Below, piece by piece: positions 18,186-30,528 of a DNA stretch of 42,920 nucleotides. How positions within the stretch are numbered: position 1 is the stretch's first letter; each line of letters starts with the position of its first letter. The position numbers were made by a program, and so were the translations under genes. The stretch comes from a virus. Taxonomy: Duplodnaviria; Heunggongvirae; Uroviricota; Caudoviricetes. Under the pieces are notes generated by a model. It searched no databases and was not told the origin of the DNA. It saw only the letters and a program-made list of their open reading frames with translations. Where the stretch lies: the IMG/VR virus record IMGVR_UViG_2541047955_000001, positions 1 to 42,920 of that record, one strand, 5' to 3'.

Positions 18186-18261
18186 GCTGGTTTAGCTCCA
18201 ATGGTAGAGCGGTCGCCTTGTAAGCGAATGGGTAGCGGTTCAAGTCCGTTAACCAGCACCA
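18186..18261 (+). tRNA. tRNA-Thr (UGU)
   Basis: 76 nt; 7-bp acceptor stem GCTGGTT/AACCAGC; D stem GCTC/GAGC; anticodon loop CTTGTAA; T-loop TTCAAGT; 3' CCA. Confidence 0.6.
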
Positions 18262-18503
18262 TAACTGAGCCGTAGCCACTGGCTATCCTGAATTCATCAG
18301 TGATAGTTACGCTGCGGCCTTCTACACATGACCTTCGTGAAAGCGGGTGGCAAGAGGCTGCGCTAACAACCTCCTGCCGTTTTGCCCGTGCATATCGGTC
18401 ACGAACAAATCTGATTACTAAACACAGTAGCCTGGATTTGTTCTATCAGTAATCGACCTTATTCCTAATTAAATAGAGCAAATCCCCTTATTGGGGGTAA
18501 GAC

Positions 18504-18827
18504 ATGAAGATGCCAGAAAAACATGACCTGTTAGCCGCCATTCTCGCGGCAAAGGAACAAGGCATCGGGGCAATCCTTGCGTTTGCAATGGCGTACCTTC
18601 GCGGCAGATATAATGGCGGTGCGTTTACAAAAACAGTAATCGACGCAACGATGTGCGCCATTATCGCCTGGTTCATTCGTGATCTTCTCGACCTCGCCGG
18701 ACTAAGTAGCAATCTCGCTTATATAACGAGCGTGTTCATCGGCTACATCGGTACTGACTCGATTGGTTCGCTTATCAAACGCTTCGCTGCTAAAAAAGCC
18801 GGAGTAGAAGATGGTGGAAATCAATAA
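18504..18827 (+). CDS. S: holin, lambda S type with dual-start motif
   Basis: 107 aa [39 protein letters not shown]... near-identical to lambda S as recalled. Confidence 0.95.
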   Translation: MKMPEKHDLLAAILAAKEQGIGAILAFAMAYLRGRYNGGAFTKTVIDATMCAIIAWFIRDLLDLAGLSSNLAYITSVFIGYIGTDSIGSLIKRFAAKKAGVEDGGNQ

Positions 18828-19287
18828 TCAACGTAAGGCGTTCCTCGATATGCTGGCGTGGTCAGAGGGAACTGATAACGGACGACAGAAAACCAGAAAT
18901 CATGGTTATGACGTCATTGTAGGCGGAGAGCTATTCACTGATTACTCCGATCACCCTCGCAAACTTGTCACGCTAAACCCCAAACTCAAATCAACAGCAG
19001 CCGGACGTTACCAGCTTCTTTCCCGTTGGTGGGATGCCTACCGCAAGCAGCTTGGCCTGAAAGACTTCTCTCCGAAAAGTCAGGACGCTGTGGCATTGCA
19101 GCAGATTAAGGAGCGTGGCGCTTTGCCGATGATTGATCGTGGTGATATTCGTCAGGCAATTGACCGTTGCAGCAATATCTGGGCTTCACTGCCGGGCGCT
19201 GGTTATGGTCAGTTCGAGCATAAGGCTGACAGCCTGATTGCAAAATTCAAAGAAGCAGGCGGAACGGTCAGAGAGATTGAGGTATGA
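18811..19287 (+). CDS. R: endolysin, lambda R lytic transglycosylase
   Basis: 158 aa [39 protein letters not shown]... near-identical to lambda R as recalled. Confidence 0.95.
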   Translation: MVEINNQRKAFLDMLAWSEGTDNGRQKTRNHGYDVIVGGELFTDYSDHPRKLVTLNPKLKSTAAGRYQLLSRWWDAYRKQLGLKDFSPKSQDAVALQQIKERGALPMIDRGDIRQAIDRCSNIWASLPGAGYGQFEHKADSLIAKFKEAGGTVREIEV

Positions 19288-19751
19288 GCAGAGTAACCGC
19301 GATTATCTCCGCTCTGATTATCTGCATCATCGTCTGTCTGTCATGGGCGGTTAATCATTACCGTGATAACGCCATCGCCTACAAAGAACAGCGTGATAAA
19401 AAAGTCAGTGAGCTGAAGCAGGCGACTGTCACCATTACTGACATGCAGCAACGCCAGCGTTCTGCTGATGCACTCGATGCTAAATACACGAAGGAGTTAG
19501 CTGATGCGAAAGCTGAAAATGATGCTCTTCGGCGCAAGCTTGATAATGGTGGTCGGGTGTTCGTCAAAGGAAAATGCCCTGTGCCATCCTCAGACGAAAC
19601 CTCCAGCGCCTCCGGCATGGGCAATGATGCCACCGTCGAACTCTCTCCAGTTGCTGGACGAAACGTTCTCGGTATCCGGGACGGAATCATCAGAGACCAG
19701 ACAGCACTGAGAACGCTTCAGGGATACATCAGGACGCAATGCCTTCGATGA
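19284..19751 (+). CDS. Rz: i-spanin Rz
   Basis: 155 aa; N-terminal [32 protein letters not shown]... like lambda Rz; C-terminus divergent. Confidence 0.9.
   Translation: MSRVTAIISALIICIIVCLSWAVNHYRDNAIAYKEQRDKKVSELKQATVTITDMQQRQRSADALDAKYTKELADAKAENDALRRKLDNGGRVFVKGKCPVPSSDETSSASGMGNDATVELSPVAGRNVLGIRDGIIRDQTALRTLQGYIRTQCLR
19504..19710 (+). CDS. Rz1: o-spanin Rz1 embedded in Rz (+1 frame)
   Basis: 68 aa; lipobox VVGC and proline-rich KPPAPPAW segment; nested inside Rz. Confidence 0.8.
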   Translation: MRKLKMMLFGASLIMVVGCSSKENALCHPQTKPPAPPAWAMMPPSNSLQLLDETFSVSGTESSETRQH

Positions 19752-20198
19752 TAGCGATAATTTTACTCATCATCCTTCACATCTGGCTCTGTAGACAGGG
19801 TGGTGATCACTTCTGGAGTGAATCCAGATTAAACATCTCATTGCTGATGCTTGAAGTTGAGCATCTGGCGCGCGGTAAGGGGCTGCGTTGAGATAAGAGC
19901 CAGTTCATTACAAAGCCTATCTACGGGTGGGCTTGATAATGAAACCGGAATTTATTCTGGGAAACCAGTTACGGCAGTACAGCGAAACAACCCAAGCCAG
20001 TAAGTGGGGAAATAACACTGGCAGCCACTGAAAGATGAACCTCCTGCCTTATGGCAAAAAAGATTCTTTGTGGTGGCGGACTGATGGAAAGACATCGGTT
20101 ATTGCAGAGGCCATTCAATGAGTGGTCTCGACAATGGCTTATACCCTACACGGGATAACTTAACTGATATCCCTTTTAACGGATAAACGGAGCCAACA

Positions 20199-20441
20199 AT
20201 GGCAGAGATTATTCCCATGACTGAAGAACAGAAATTCCAGTTAGAGATTTACAAACTGGTCATGAACCAGAACGCAGCCGCAGAAGAGGCATTTCAGTTC
20301 ATTGGCACTGACGAGCTGAAGCTTGAGCTATTCAAAATTCACTTCCAGTCAGGTGGCGCTAATTCAGATATCACGATCCGCACATTTGAAGCTGTGCGTA
20401 AATCGAAGGAAGCGTTAGACCTGTTCACTACCGGAGCATAA
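20199..20441 (+). CDS. hypothetical protein
   Basis: 80-aa ORF between the lysis cassette and the small terminase. Confidence 0.5.
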   Translation: MAEIIPMTEEQKFQLEIYKLVMNQNAAAEEAFQFIGTDELKLELFKIHFQSGGANSDITIRTFEAVRKSKEALDLFTTGA

Positions 20442-20520
20442 ACATGGCAACTCAAGGTTTCGACAACCCATCCAAATTCCGCGATGAATGGGATAAGCAA
20501 GCAGAAGGGAAATAATCAAT

Positions 20521-21009
20521 ATGGCAGCACCAAAGGGCAACCGATTTTGGGAGGCCCGCAGTAGTCATGGGCGAAATCCTAAATTCGAATCGCCTGAGGC
20601 GCTGTGGGCTGCTTGTTGTGAATACTTCGAGTGGGCTGATGATAACCCGCTATGGGAGGGTAAGGTATTTTCATATCAGGGAGAAATAATTAAGGCTAAT
20701 GTCCCTAAGATGCGAGCCATGACTATTTCAGGATTGTGTACCTTCCTTGATATCACCAGGCAAACATGGGGAACCTTCCGGTCAATGGAAGGTTTTTCTG
20801 ACGTCACATCACGAGCGGAAGACATCATCTACGACCAGAAATTCTCTGGCGCAGCCGCTGACCTTCTCAACGCTAACATCATCGCCCGTGATTTGGGCCT
20901 CAAAGAGCAGTCGCAAGTTGAAGACGTGACACCTGATAAGGGAGATCGCGATAAGCGACGCTCTCGTATCAAGGAGCTATTCAACCGTGGAACTGGACGC
21001 GATTCTTGA
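20521..21009 (+). CDS. terminase small subunit (P22 gp3 type)
   Basis: 162 aa; N- and C-termini match P22 gp3 as recalled. Confidence 0.9.
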   Translation: MAAPKGNRFWEARSSHGRNPKFESPEALWAACCEYFEWADDNPLWEGKVFSYQGEIIKANVPKMRAMTISGLCTFLDITRQTWGTFRSMEGFSDVTSRAEDIIYDQKFSGAAADLLNANIIARDLGLKEQSQVEDVTPDKGDRDKRRSRIKELFNRGTGRDS

Positions 21010-22486
21010 TAACCTGAGCGACGAAGAGCAAATCGAATTGCTCGAGCTACTCGAAGAAGAAGAGAACTACCGTAACACACACCTGCTATATGAATTTACG
21101 CCATACAGCAAACAGCGTGAGTTCATCGACGCCGGGCATGACTATCCAGAGCGCTGTTTTATGGCTGGTAACCAGCTTGGTAAGTCATTTACTGGTGCTG
21201 CTGAAGTCGCGTTTCACCTTACCGGGCGTTATCCGGGCACAAAAGGCTATCCTGCTGATGGTAAATATGGCGGTGAGTGGAAAGGTAAGCGTTTCTATGA
21301 GCCTGTTGTCTTCTGGATTGGTGGAGAGACAAACGAGACTGTAACCAAAACGACTCAACGCATCCTGTGCGGTCGTATCGAAGAGAATGGTGAGCCAGGC
21401 TACGGTTCCATACCGAAAGAGGACATCATTAGCTGGAAGAAGTCTCCTTTCTTTCCGAACCTTGTTGATCATCTTCTGGTTAAGCATCACACGGCTGATG
21501 GCGTTGAAGATGGCATTTCAATCTGCTACTTCAAACCATACTCGCAAGGCCGTGCTCGCTGGCAGGGTGACACAATCCACGGAGTGTGGTTTGACGAAGA
21601 ACCACCATACAGCATTTATGGCGAAGGGCTTACCCGTACCAACAAATACGGGCAATTCTCAATTCTGACGTTTACCCCGCTGATGGGGATGTCTGACGTT
21701 GTTACCAAGTTCCTGAAGAACCCCAGCAAGTCGCAGAAAGTGGTCAACATGACCATCTATGACGCTGAGCACTATACCGACGAGCAGAAAGAGCAAATCA
21801 TCGCATCCTATCCAGAGCATGAGAGAGAGGCGCGTGCTCGCGGTATTCCTACGATGGGTAGCGGTCGAATCTTCCAGATACCGGAAGAGACGATTAAGTG
21901 TCAGCCGTTCGAGTGTCCTGATCACTTCTACGTAATTGGTGGGATGGATTTCGGATGGGATCACCCTCAGGCGCAGGTTCAGCTTTGGTGGGATAAGGAC
22001 GCAGACACAATCTACGTTTCACGCGTGTGGAAGGCGAAAGAAAAGACAGCCGTTCAGGCGTGGGGAGCTGTTAAATCATGGGCGCATAAAGTGCCAACCG
22101 CATGGCCTCATGACGGAAACCAGCATGAGAAGGGCGGCGGTGAGCAGCTTAAAGGGCAGTACGCGGACGCTGGTTTTATGATGTTGCAGGAGCATGCGAC
22201 ATGGCCTGATGGCGGTAATGCTGTTGAGCCTGGCATCACTGAATTGCGAGACATGATGCTCGACGGTCGCTTCAAAGTATTCAACACCTGTGAGCCATTC
22301 TTTGAGGAGTTCCGCCTCTATCACCGTGATGAAAACGGGAAAATCGTCAAGCTTAACGACGACGTGCTATCCGCCGTTCGCTATGCATACATGATGCGCC
22401 GCTTCGCAAAAATGATGCGCGACATCAAAAAACCAAAAGAGAAAAAGATACCAGCCCCAATCAGGCCCATCGCACGGAGAACTTAA
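20987..22486 (+). CDS. terminase large subunit (P22 gp2 type)
   Basis: 499 aa; Walker A GNQLGKS; overlaps terS by 23 nt as in P22. Confidence 0.95.
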   Translation: MELDAILDNLSDEEQIELLELLEEEENYRNTHLLYEFTPYSKQREFIDAGHDYPERCFMAGNQLGKSFTGAAEVAFHLTGRYPGTKGYPADGKYGGEWKGKRFYEPVVFWIGGETNETVTKTTQRILCGRIEENGEPGYGSIPKEDIISWKKSPFFPNLVDHLLVKHHTADGVEDGISICYFKPYSQGRARWQGDTIHGVWFDEEPPYSIYGEGLTRTNKYGQFSILTFTPLMGMSDVVTKFLKNPSKSQKVVNMTIYDAEHYTDEQKEQIIASYPEHEREARARGIPTMGSGRIFQIPEETIKCQPFECPDHFYVIGGMDFGWDHPQAQVQLWWDKDADTIYVSRVWKAKEKTAVQAWGAVKSWAHKVPTAWPHDGNQHEKGGGEQLKGQYADAGFMMLQEHATWPDGGNAVEPGITELRDMMLDGRFKVFNTCEPFFEEFRLYHRDENGKIVKLNDDVLSAVRYAYMMRRFAKMMRDIKKPKEKKIPAPIRPIARRT

Positions 22487-24652
22487 ATGGCCGACGAAAA
22501 CAGACTCAATTCCATTCTGTGTAAGTTTGACGCAGACTGGATGGCGAGCGATGAAGCCAGAACCGAGGCGACAAATGACCTGTATTTTAGCCGAGTGTCG
22601 CAATGGGATGACTGGCTATCAAACTACACGACTCTGCAATATCGCGGACAATTCGATGTTGTTCGCCCGGTGGTCAGGAAACTGGTCGCAGAGATGCGCC
22701 GGAACCCTATCGACGTTCTCTTCCGACCCAAAGACGGCGCTAATCCTGATGCTGCCGATGTGTTGATGGGGATGTATCGTACTGATATGCGCCATAACAC
22801 GGCAAAGATTGCCGTTAACGTTGGCGTTCGTGAGCAGATAGAGTCCGGCGTTGGTGCATGGCGTCTGGTCACGCAGTACGAAGACAACGATCCAACAAGC
22901 AACAATCAGGTAATCCGACGCCTTCCAATCCATGAAGCCTGCTCACACGTCATATGGGACGCCAATAGCAAGCAGATGGATAAGAGCGACGCTAAGCACT
23001 GCACGATGATTAACGCTTTGTCACGCAATGGCTGGAAAGAGTTCGCAGAGGATTACGGTATTGATCCGGATACCTTGCCATCTTTCCAGAATCCGAACGA
23101 TACATGGCTGTTCCCTTGGGTATCGAATGATGTCGTCTACGTCGCTGAGTATTACGAGGTCGAAGAGAAGAAAGAGAAGGTCTTCATCTACCGCGACCCG
23201 CTGACAGGTGAGCCGGTCAGCTATTACCAGCAGGATATCAAAGACGTCATCGACGACCTGGCTAATCGTGGATTCATTAAGGTAGCAGAGCGCAAGGTGA
23301 AGCGTCGGCGTGTGTATAAGTCGATCATCACCTGCACGCAGATACTGAAAGACCGCGAGAAGATAGCCGGAGAGCATATTCCAATCGTTCCAGTGTATGG
23401 CGAATGGTCATTCGCTGGTGACAAGGAGTGCTACGAAGGAGTGGTAAGGCTGACGAAAGACGGTCAGCGCCTTCGTAACATGATCATGTCATTCAACGCC
23501 GATATTGTTGCTCGTTCACCGAAGAAGAAACCGACCTTCTTCCCTGAGCAAATCGAAGGCTACGAATACATGTACGGTGGAAATGATGACTATCCGTACT
23601 ATCTGCAGAACAGGACCGATGAAAACGGTAACGACCTGCCGATTGGTCCAATCTCCTACATGGAAAACCCTGAAGTGCCGCAAGCCAACGCTTACATGCT
23701 TGAGGCTGCCACCAACGCAGTGAAAGAGGTGGCTAGTCTTGGTGTGGATGCGCAGGCGGCAAATGGTCAGGTCGCTTTCGATACCGTCAATCAACTGAAC
23801 ATGCGGGCAGACCTTGAGACATACGTGTTTCAGGATAACCTGGCTACCGCAATGCGACGTGATGGCGAGATTTATGCCTCAATGGTCAACGATATTTATG
23901 ACGTTCCTCGTCATGTAACGCTGACACTTGAAGATGGAAGCGAGAAAGACGTTCAACTCTACGCGCAAGTTGTAGATTACCAGTCCGGTAATGTGGTCAC
24001 ACTCAACGACATTCGCGGTCGCTATGAGTGCTATACAGACGTTGGGCCATCCTTCCAGAGTATGAAGGAACAGAACCGCGCAGAGATTCAGGAATTGCTC
24101 ACTAAGGTTCCGCAAGGTACTCCAGAGTTCCAGATGCTGATGCTGCAATACTTCACGCTGCTTGACGGTAAAGGCGTCGAGATGATGCGAGAGTACGCTA
24201 ACAAGCAACTGGTGATGATGGGGCTGAAGAAACCAGAAACACCTGAAGAGATGGAGATGGTACAGCAGGCACAACAACAGCCGCAGCAGCCATCAGCAGA
24301 GCAAATTCAGGCGCAGGGTATCCTTCTGCAAGGTCAGGCTGAATTGCTCAAGGCAGAGAACCAACAGGCGCAGATTCAGGTTGAAGCCGCCAAGGTTGAA
24401 GCCCAAAACCAACTCAACGCCGCGAAGATTGCAGAAATCTTTAACAATATGGACCTCGACAAGCAGGCAGAACTGCGTGAGTACCTCAAGCTCGTAGGTC
24501 AATTCCAGCAACAGCGCAGCAAAGATGCTCGTGCTAACGCTGAGCTGCTTCTTAAAGATGCAGACCAGACTCATTCACAACGCATGGATTTCGCGAATCT
24601 TATGCGTCAAGTTCAAATCCCCTCCGGCGGAGTAGCCGAGACACCTCAATAA
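22487..24652 (+). CDS. portal protein (P22 gp1 type)
   Basis: 721 aa; strong similarity to P22 portal along the whole length as recalled, including Gln-rich C-terminal barrel. Confidence 0.95.
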   Translation: MADENRLNSILCKFDADWMASDEARTEATNDLYFSRVSQWDDWLSNYTTLQYRGQFDVVRPVVRKLVAEMRRNPIDVLFRPKDGANPDAADVLMGMYRTDMRHNTAKIAVNVGVREQIESGVGAWRLVTQYEDNDPTSNNQVIRRLPIHEACSHVIWDANSKQMDKSDAKHCTMINALSRNGWKEFAEDYGIDPDTLPSFQNPNDTWLFPWVSNDVVYVAEYYEVEEKKEKVFIYRDPLTGEPVSYYQQDIKDVIDDLANRGFIKVAERKVKRRRVYKSIITCTQILKDREKIAGEHIPIVPVYGEWSFAGDKECYEGVVRLTKDGQRLRNMIMSFNADIVARSPKKKPTFFPEQIEGYEYMYGGNDDYPYYLQNRTDENGNDLPIGPISYMENPEVPQANAYMLEAATNAVKEVASLGVDAQAANGQVAFDTVNQLNMRADLETYVFQDNLATAMRRDGEIYASMVNDIYDVPRHVTLTLEDGSEKDVQLYAQVVDYQSGNVVTLNDIRGRYECYTDVGPSFQSMKEQNRAEIQELLTKVPQGTPEFQMLMLQYFTLLDGKGVEMMREYANKQLVMMGLKKPETPEEMEMVQQAQQQPQQPSAEQIQAQGILLQGQAELLKAENQQAQIQVEAAKVEAQNQLNAAKIAEIFNNMDLDKQAELREYLKLVGQFQQQRSKDARANAELLLKDADQTHSQRMDFANLMRQVQIPSGGVAETPQ

Positions 24653-24665
24653 GAGAGAGTTAATC

Positions 24666-25577
24666 ATGGACCAAACCACCGACATTCAGGCTTCTGAAGA
24701 ATTAACCCTGCCCGGCAATCATGCAGCGGCATCTGCTGATGGCTTAGTTGTCGATAATGCCAACGACAACGCAGGTCAGGAAGAAGGCTTCGAGATTGTC
24801 CTGAAAGACGATGAGAAACCAAAACAAGACCCGGCAACTAATGCTGAATTTGCCCGTCGCCGCATCGAACGCAAACGCCAGCGTGAGCTTGAGCAGCAGA
24901 TGGAAGCGGTTAAGCGTGGAGAGTTGCCGGAGCACCTGCGGGTGAACCCTGAGTTACCAAAACAACCAGACCCTAACGATTATCTTTCCGAAGATGCACT
25001 GGCTAAGTACGACTATGACCAGAGCCGCGCACTGGCTGCCTTCCAGCAGGCAAACAGTGAATGGCAGATCAAGGCTATGGACGCACGAAGCCAGGCTGTC
25101 GCCGAGCAGGGTCGCAAAACTCAGGAGTTCACCCAGCAATCAGCGCAATACGTCGAGGCTGCTCGTAAGCACTACGATGCAGCGGAAAAGCTCAATATCC
25201 CTGACTATCAGGAGAAAGAGGATGCATTCATGCAACTGGTGCCGCCAGCAGTTGGTGCCGACATCATGCGCCTCTTCCCGGAGAAATCCGCCGCTCTCAT
25301 GTATCACCTTGGTGCTAATCCTGAGAAAACACGCCAGTTGCTGGCGATGGACGGGCAATCCGCGCTGATTGAACTCACTCGACTGTCAGAACGTTTAACT
25401 CTCAAGCCTAGAGCCAAGCCTGTTTCAGAAGCCCCGTTACCTGATGAACCCATTCAGGGACACGCTGTTGCTGCAAATATCTCTGCGATTGAAAAGCAGA
25501 TGGAGGCGGCAGCAAACAAAGGGGATGTAGAGACGTACCGCAAGCTCAAGGCGCAACTGAATAAAGGAATTCGATAA
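24666..25577 (+). CDS. scaffolding protein (P22 gp8 type)
   Basis: 303 aa; matches P22 gp8 as recalled. Confidence 0.9.
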   Translation: MDQTTDIQASEELTLPGNHAAASADGLVVDNANDNAGQEEGFEIVLKDDEKPKQDPATNAEFARRRIERKRQRELEQQMEAVKRGELPEHLRVNPELPKQPDPNDYLSEDALAKYDYDQSRALAAFQQANSEWQIKAMDARSQAVAEQGRKTQEFTQQSAQYVEAARKHYDAAEKLNIPDYQEKEDAFMQLVPPAVGADIMRLFPEKSAALMYHLGANPEKTRQLLAMDGQSALIELTRLSERLTLKPRAKPVSEAPLPDEPIQGHAVAANISAIEKQMEAAANKGDVETYRKLKAQLNKGIR

Positions 25578-26872
25578 TGGCATTAAATGAAGGTCAACTG
25601 GTCACGTATGCTCTGGATGAAATCATCGAAACCGTCCAGAACCTGACGCCAATGGCGTCCAAAGTGACAAAATACACCCCTCCGGCAGAATCCATGCAAC
25701 GTTCAAGCAACACCGTGTGGATGCCTGTTGAGCAGGAAGCGCCAACCCAGACTGGCTGGGATTTAACTGGCAATGCAACCGGGATTCTGGAACTCTCCGT
25801 GAAATGCAACATGGGCGATCCGGATAACGATTTCTTCGAGCTTCGTGCAGATGACCTGCGTGATGAGCGTTCTTACCGTCGCCGCATCCAGGCATCCGCC
25901 AAAAAACTGGCGAATAACATTGAGTCAGCGATTGCCAAACAGGCAACTGAAATGGGCTCGCTTGTTGTTCACGATACCCGCGCAATTGGTCCATCTACTG
26001 GCCTGTCTGGCTGGGATTTTGTGTCTGATGCAGAGCGCCTGATGTTCTCCCGTGAGCTAAACCGCGATATGGGCATCAGTTACTTCCTGAACCCTGACGA
26101 TTACCGCAAAGCAGGCCGCAACCTGGTAGATGGTGACATCTTCGGGCGCGTTCCTGAAGAAGCGTATCGCAACGGTACTATTCAGCGTCAGATTGCTGGC
26201 TTTGATGAAATTCTTCGCTCACCGAAACTTCCGGCAGTTACCAAGTCAACCGCTACTGGTGTAACTGTTTCTGGTGCGCAGAAGTTTAAGCCGCAGGCAT
26301 ACACCCTTGATACCGATGGTAACAAAGAGAACGTCGACAACCGTGTTGCAACGGTGACCGTATCCTCCACCACCGGGTTTAAGCGCGGCGACAAAATCAG
26401 CTTCACTGGTGTGAAATTCCTGTCTCAGATGGCGAAGAACGTGCTGACTGATGATGCGACTTTCTCAATCACCCGTGTGATCGATGGTACTCACATCGAA
26501 ATCACGCCGAAGCCGATTGCGCTTGATGACGCTTCACTGACAAAAGAAGAGAAGGCTTACGCTAACGTAAACACCTCTCTTGCTGATACCACTCCGGTAA
26601 ACGTTCTGAACGTGGCAACAACCACCGCTAACGTGTTCTGGGCTGATGACTCAATCCGTCTGCTGTCTCAGCCGATCCCGGTAACCCATGAACTGTTTGC
26701 TGGCATGAAAACGTCTTCCTTCAGCATTCCTGGTATTGGTGTTAACGGCATCTTCGCAACGCAGGGTGATATCAACACTCTGTCTGGTAAGTGCCGTATT
26801 GCTGTGTGGTATTCAGCATGTGCTGTACGGCCAGAGGCAATTGGTGTTGGTCTGCCTAATCAGACCGCGTGA
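25577..26872 (+). CDS. major coat protein (P22 gp5 type)
   Basis: 431 aa; matches P22 coat protein as recalled. Confidence 0.95.
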   Translation: MALNEGQLVTYALDEIIETVQNLTPMASKVTKYTPPAESMQRSSNTVWMPVEQEAPTQTGWDLTGNATGILELSVKCNMGDPDNDFFELRADDLRDERSYRRRIQASAKKLANNIESAIAKQATEMGSLVVHDTRAIGPSTGLSGWDFVSDAERLMFSRELNRDMGISYFLNPDDYRKAGRNLVDGDIFGRVPEEAYRNGTIQRQIAGFDEILRSPKLPAVTKSTATGVTVSGAQKFKPQAYTLDTDGNKENVDNRVATVTVSSTTGFKRGDKISFTGVKFLSQMAKNVLTDDATFSITRVIDGTHIEITPKPIALDDASLTKEEKAYANVNTSLADTTPVNVLNVATTTANVFWADDSIRLLSQPIPVTHELFAGMKTSSFSIPGIGVNGIFATQGDINTLSGKCRIAVWYSACAVRPEAIGVGLPNQTA

Positions 26873-26880
26873 TAACCAGA

Positions 26881-26903
26881 GGGAGCTTCGGCTCCCTTTT
26901 TAT
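26881..26903 (+). terminator. intrinsic terminator after the coat gene
   Basis: Hairpin GGGAGC-TTCG-GCTCCC followed by TTTTTAT. Confidence 0.6.
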
Positions 26904-26915
26904 CTGGAGACAAGC

Positions 26916-27177
<262 letters not shown>

Positions 27178-27200
<23 letters not shown>

Positions 27201-27678
27201 TTTAGTTCTTGCGGCATTACGTAAGCTCGGTGTGGCATCAAATGCCACGTTAACCGATGTCGAACCGCAGTCTATGGAAGACGGCGTCAACGACCTTGAA
27301 ATGATGATGGCTGAATGGCTTGGCGGTGATGCGTCACCTGGTATCAACGTTGGCTACATTTTCGCTGATGCAGATGTCGCTCCAGATCCTGGCGATGAAC
27401 ACGGTTTATCAAATAACGCTATCAATGCCGTCATTTTCAACCTTGCCTGCCGCATTGCTCCGGATTATGCGCTGGAAGCGTCTGCAAAACTTATAACCAC
27501 TGCCAGATACGGGAAAGAGCGACTCGTCAAACTGTCTGCAATGGACAGAGCAAAAGCCGCTAAATGTAAGTCCGGTTATCCAAACCGTATGCCTGTTGGT
27601 AGCGGTAACAAGTTGGCGAAGTGGAACGGTTGGAATTACTTCCACCGAAAGGAACCTTGCGATAACGGGAGCGAATAA
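27178..27678 (+). CDS. head-completion / tail accessory protein gp4
   Basis: 166 aa from internal ATG; [30 protein letters not shown]... matches P22 gp4 as recalled. Confidence 0.85.
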
Positions 27679-29096
27679 TGCCGATTCAGCAACTTCCGCT
27701 TATGAAAGGTGTCGGCAAAGACTTTAGAAACGCTGACTATATCGACTATATGCCAGTGAATATGCTGGCTACACCCAAAGAAATACTCAACAGCAGCGGA
27801 TATCTTCGCTCATTCCCGGGCATTGCCAAACGTTCTGATGTGAACGGTGTATCTCGCGGCGTCGAGTACAACATGGCGCAGAGTGCTGTTTATCGCGTGT
27901 GTGGTGGCAAGCTGTACAAAGGAGAAAGTGAAGTCGGTGATGTTGCCGGAAGTGGTAGAGTATCAATGGCGCATGGTCGGACATCACAGGCGGTAGGCGT
28001 TAATGGTCAACTGGTCGAGTATCGTTATGATGGCGCGGTCAAAACCGTCTCAAACTGGCCTACAGACAGCGGATTCACGCAGTATGAGTTAGGCTCGGTC
28101 CGCGACATTACGCGCTTACGTGGGCGTTATGCGTGGTCAAAAGACGGAACTGATTCATGGTTTATCACTGACCTTGAAGACGAATCGCATCCTGACCGCT
28201 ACAGCGCACAATATCGCGCAGAATCGCAGCCGGACGGCATCATCGGCATAGGTACATGGCGAGACTTCATCGTCTGCTTTGGTTCATCGACGATTGAGTA
28301 TTTTTCCCTGACTGGTGCAACCACCGTTGGTGCTGCTTTGTATGTCGCCCAGCCATCGCTGATGGTGCAGAAAGGCATTGCCGGAACTTACTGCAAAACG
28401 CCGTTTGCTGATTCGTATGCGTTTATCAGCAATCCGGCAACGGGTGCGCCGTCTGTATACATCATCGGCTCCGGTCAGGTATCACCAATCGCCAGCGCGA
28501 GCATTGAGAAAATTCTTCGCTCCTACACTGCTGATGAACTGGCTGATGGCGTGATGGAATCTCTGCGATTTGATGCGCATGAGTTGCTGATTATCCACCT
28601 TCCGCGCCATGTTCTTGTTTACGACGCATCTTCAAGCGCCAATGGTCCGCAATGGTGTGTGTTGAAAACTGGCCTGTATGACGATGTGTACCGCGCTATC
28701 GACTTCATTTACGAAGGCAATCAGATAACGTGCGGCGATAAGCTGGAGTCCGTGACCGGGAAATTGCAATTCGATATCAGCAGCCAGTACGACAAGCAAC
28801 AGGAACACCTGTTGTTTACTCCGTTGTTCAAAGCAGATAACGCCAGAGTTTTCGACCTTGAGGTTGAGTCGTCAACTGGAGTTGCGCAGTATGCTGACCG
28901 CCTTTTTCTCTCTGCAACCACTGACGGCATCAATTACGGGCGTGAGCAGATGATTGAGCAGAATGAACCGTTCGTTTACGACAAACGCGTTTTGTGGAAG
29001 CGTGTCGGGCGCATCAGGAAAAATGTCGGCTTCAAATTGCGCGTTATCACGAAGTCACCTGTCACTCTGTCTGGTTGCCAGATAAGGATTGAGTAA
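27678..29096 (+). CDS. tail accessory protein gp10
   Basis: 472 aa, same size as P22 gp10; N-terminus [24 protein letters not shown]. Confidence 0.85.
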   Translation: MPIQQLPLMKGVGKDFRNADYIDYMPVNMLATPKEILNSSGYLRSFPGIAKRSDVNGVSRGVEYNMAQSAVYRVCGGKLYKGESEVGDVAGSGRVSMAHGRTSQAVGVNGQLVEYRYDGAVKTVSNWPTDSGFTQYELGSVRDITRLRGRYAWSKDGTDSWFITDLEDESHPDRYSAQYRAESQPDGIIGIGTWRDFIVCFGSSTIEYFSLTGATTVGAALYVAQPSLMVQKGIAGTYCKTPFADSYAFISNPATGAPSVYIIGSGQVSPIASASIEKILRSYTADELADGVMESLRFDAHELLIIHLPRHVLVYDASSSANGPQWCVLKTGLYDDVYRAIDFIYEGNQITCGDKLESVTGKLQFDISSQYDKQQEHLLFTPLFKADNARVFDLEVESSTGVAQYADRLFLSATTDGINYGREQMIEQNEPFVYDKRVLWKRVGRIRKNVGFKLRVITKSPVTLSGCQIRIE

Positions 29097-30049
29097 TGGC
29101 TGATTCGAATCTCAATGAGCCGGTAACAATTCAGGCTACACGACTCGATACATCAATCCTTCCACGCAATATCTTCTCACAGTCGTATCTACTTTACGTT
29201 ATCGCACAGGGCACTGATGTTGGTAACGTGGCTAACAAGGCCAACGAAGCAGGGAAGGGGGCTTATGATGCACAGGTGAAGAATGATGAGCAGGATGTCA
29301 CCCTTGCAGACCATGAATCCAGAATTGAAGCTGCTGAAGCAACTCTCATCAATCATGAAAATAGAATTGCAGCAGCGGAAAGCACTCTTGCAGATCATGA
29401 AACAAGGATTACGGCTGCTGAAACAGAGCTGGCTGATCACGAGACGCGAATTGCTGCCAATGAATCTGAGTTAGCAAACCATGATGCGCGCATAACTCAG
29501 AATACAACTGATATCGACGCACTTGATACCAGGCTCACAGCGGCAGAGGGAAGTATTTCGACGCTACAAAGCACAGTTGGTGATCACTCAACAAGAATAT
29601 CTGCGCTTGAGTATGCCACCACGCGCAAGAAATCAGAGGTTGTTTACTCAGGAGTATCAGTAACCATTCCAACAGCGCCGACCAACCTTGTTAGCCTACT
29701 GAAAACGCTCACGCCGTCATCCGGCACGTTGGCACCATTCTTCGACACCGTTAACAACAAGATGGTTGTGTTCAACGAGAACAAAACCTTGTTCTTCAAG
29801 CTGGCGATCGTCGGGACGTGGCCCAGCGGAACAGCCAACAGGTCAATGCAGCTAACCTTTTCCGGCTCTGTTCCTGACACACTGGTAAGCAGCCGCAACT
29901 CGGCGACAACGACCGATAACATCCTGTTAGCTACGTTCTTCAGCGTGGATAAAGACGGCTTTCTTGCCACAAATGGCAGTACGTTAACCATTCAGTCGAA
30001 TGGTGCGGCGTTTACTGCCACAACCATCAAAATCATTGCGGAGCAGTGA
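29096..30049 (+). CDS. tail needle gp26 with extended C-terminal domain
   Basis: 317 aa; conserved needle N-terminus [25 protein letters not shown]; coiled-coil repeats; ~90 extra C-terminal residues vs P22 gp26. Confidence 0.8.
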   Translation: MADSNLNEPVTIQATRLDTSILPRNIFSQSYLLYVIAQGTDVGNVANKANEAGKGAYDAQVKNDEQDVTLADHESRIEAAEATLINHENRIAAAESTLADHETRITAAETELADHETRIAANESELANHDARITQNTTDIDALDTRLTAAEGSISTLQSTVGDHSTRISALEYATTRKKSEVVYSGVSVTIPTAPTNLVSLLKTLTPSSGTLAPFFDTVNNKMVVFNENKTLFFKLAIVGTWPSGTANRSMQLTFSGSVPDTLVSSRNSATTTDNILLATFFSVDKDGFLATNGSTLTIQSNGAAFTATTIKIIAEQ

Positions 30050-30528
30050 TGGAAATAAAGCTCATCGATAATCCGGTGAAGCTTGCAGAATTCCTCAACA
30101 ACCCGGCAAACACGGGAAATATCGTAGACAGTGGAGATAAATACTACATCAAGCCTGATGCGGTATATCTCGGCATCTACGAAGGATTAGTGCTGGCTGG
30201 GGTTCATGAAGTGCGTAACTTCTGGCATAGCGTTGTTGAATGCCATGCTGTGTACGACCCCGGATTCCGAGGCGAATATGCACTGCAAGGGCATCGATTA
30301 TTCTGCAAATGGCTTCTCGAAAACTCACCATTCCTTAACAGCATCACCATGGTTCCTGACATCACCAAATACGGACGGGCAATTATCCGTTTGCTTGGCG
30401 CTACCCGTGTTGGTCACCTTGATGATGCTTATACCAGCAATGGAAAGCCTGTAGGCATCACGATTTATCAGTTACCGCGCTCAAAATACGAGGAGCTAAA
30501 GAATGTTAATTTTCCAGATTGCCAATAA
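30046..30528 (+). CDS. gp14-position protein
   Basis: 160 aa; assignment by synteny (after gp26, before gp7) only. Confidence 0.45.
   Translation: MMEIKLIDNPVKLAEFLNNPANTGNIVDSGDKYYIKPDAVYLGIYEGLVLAGVHEVRNFWHSVVECHAVYDPGFRGEYALQGHRLFCKWLLENSPFLNSITMVPDITKYGRAIIRLLGATRVGHLDDAYTSNGKPVGITIYQLPRSKYEELKNVNFPDCQ

Noticed and set aside
20445-20516. 23-codon ORF ([23 protein letters not shown]) between orf80 and terS
   Set aside because: Too short to support from sequence alone; possibly translated but not evidenced.
20521-21009. Divergent pac site within the small terminase gene
   Set aside because: It would rest on my imperfect recall of the P22 pac sequence; it cannot be supported without an alignment.
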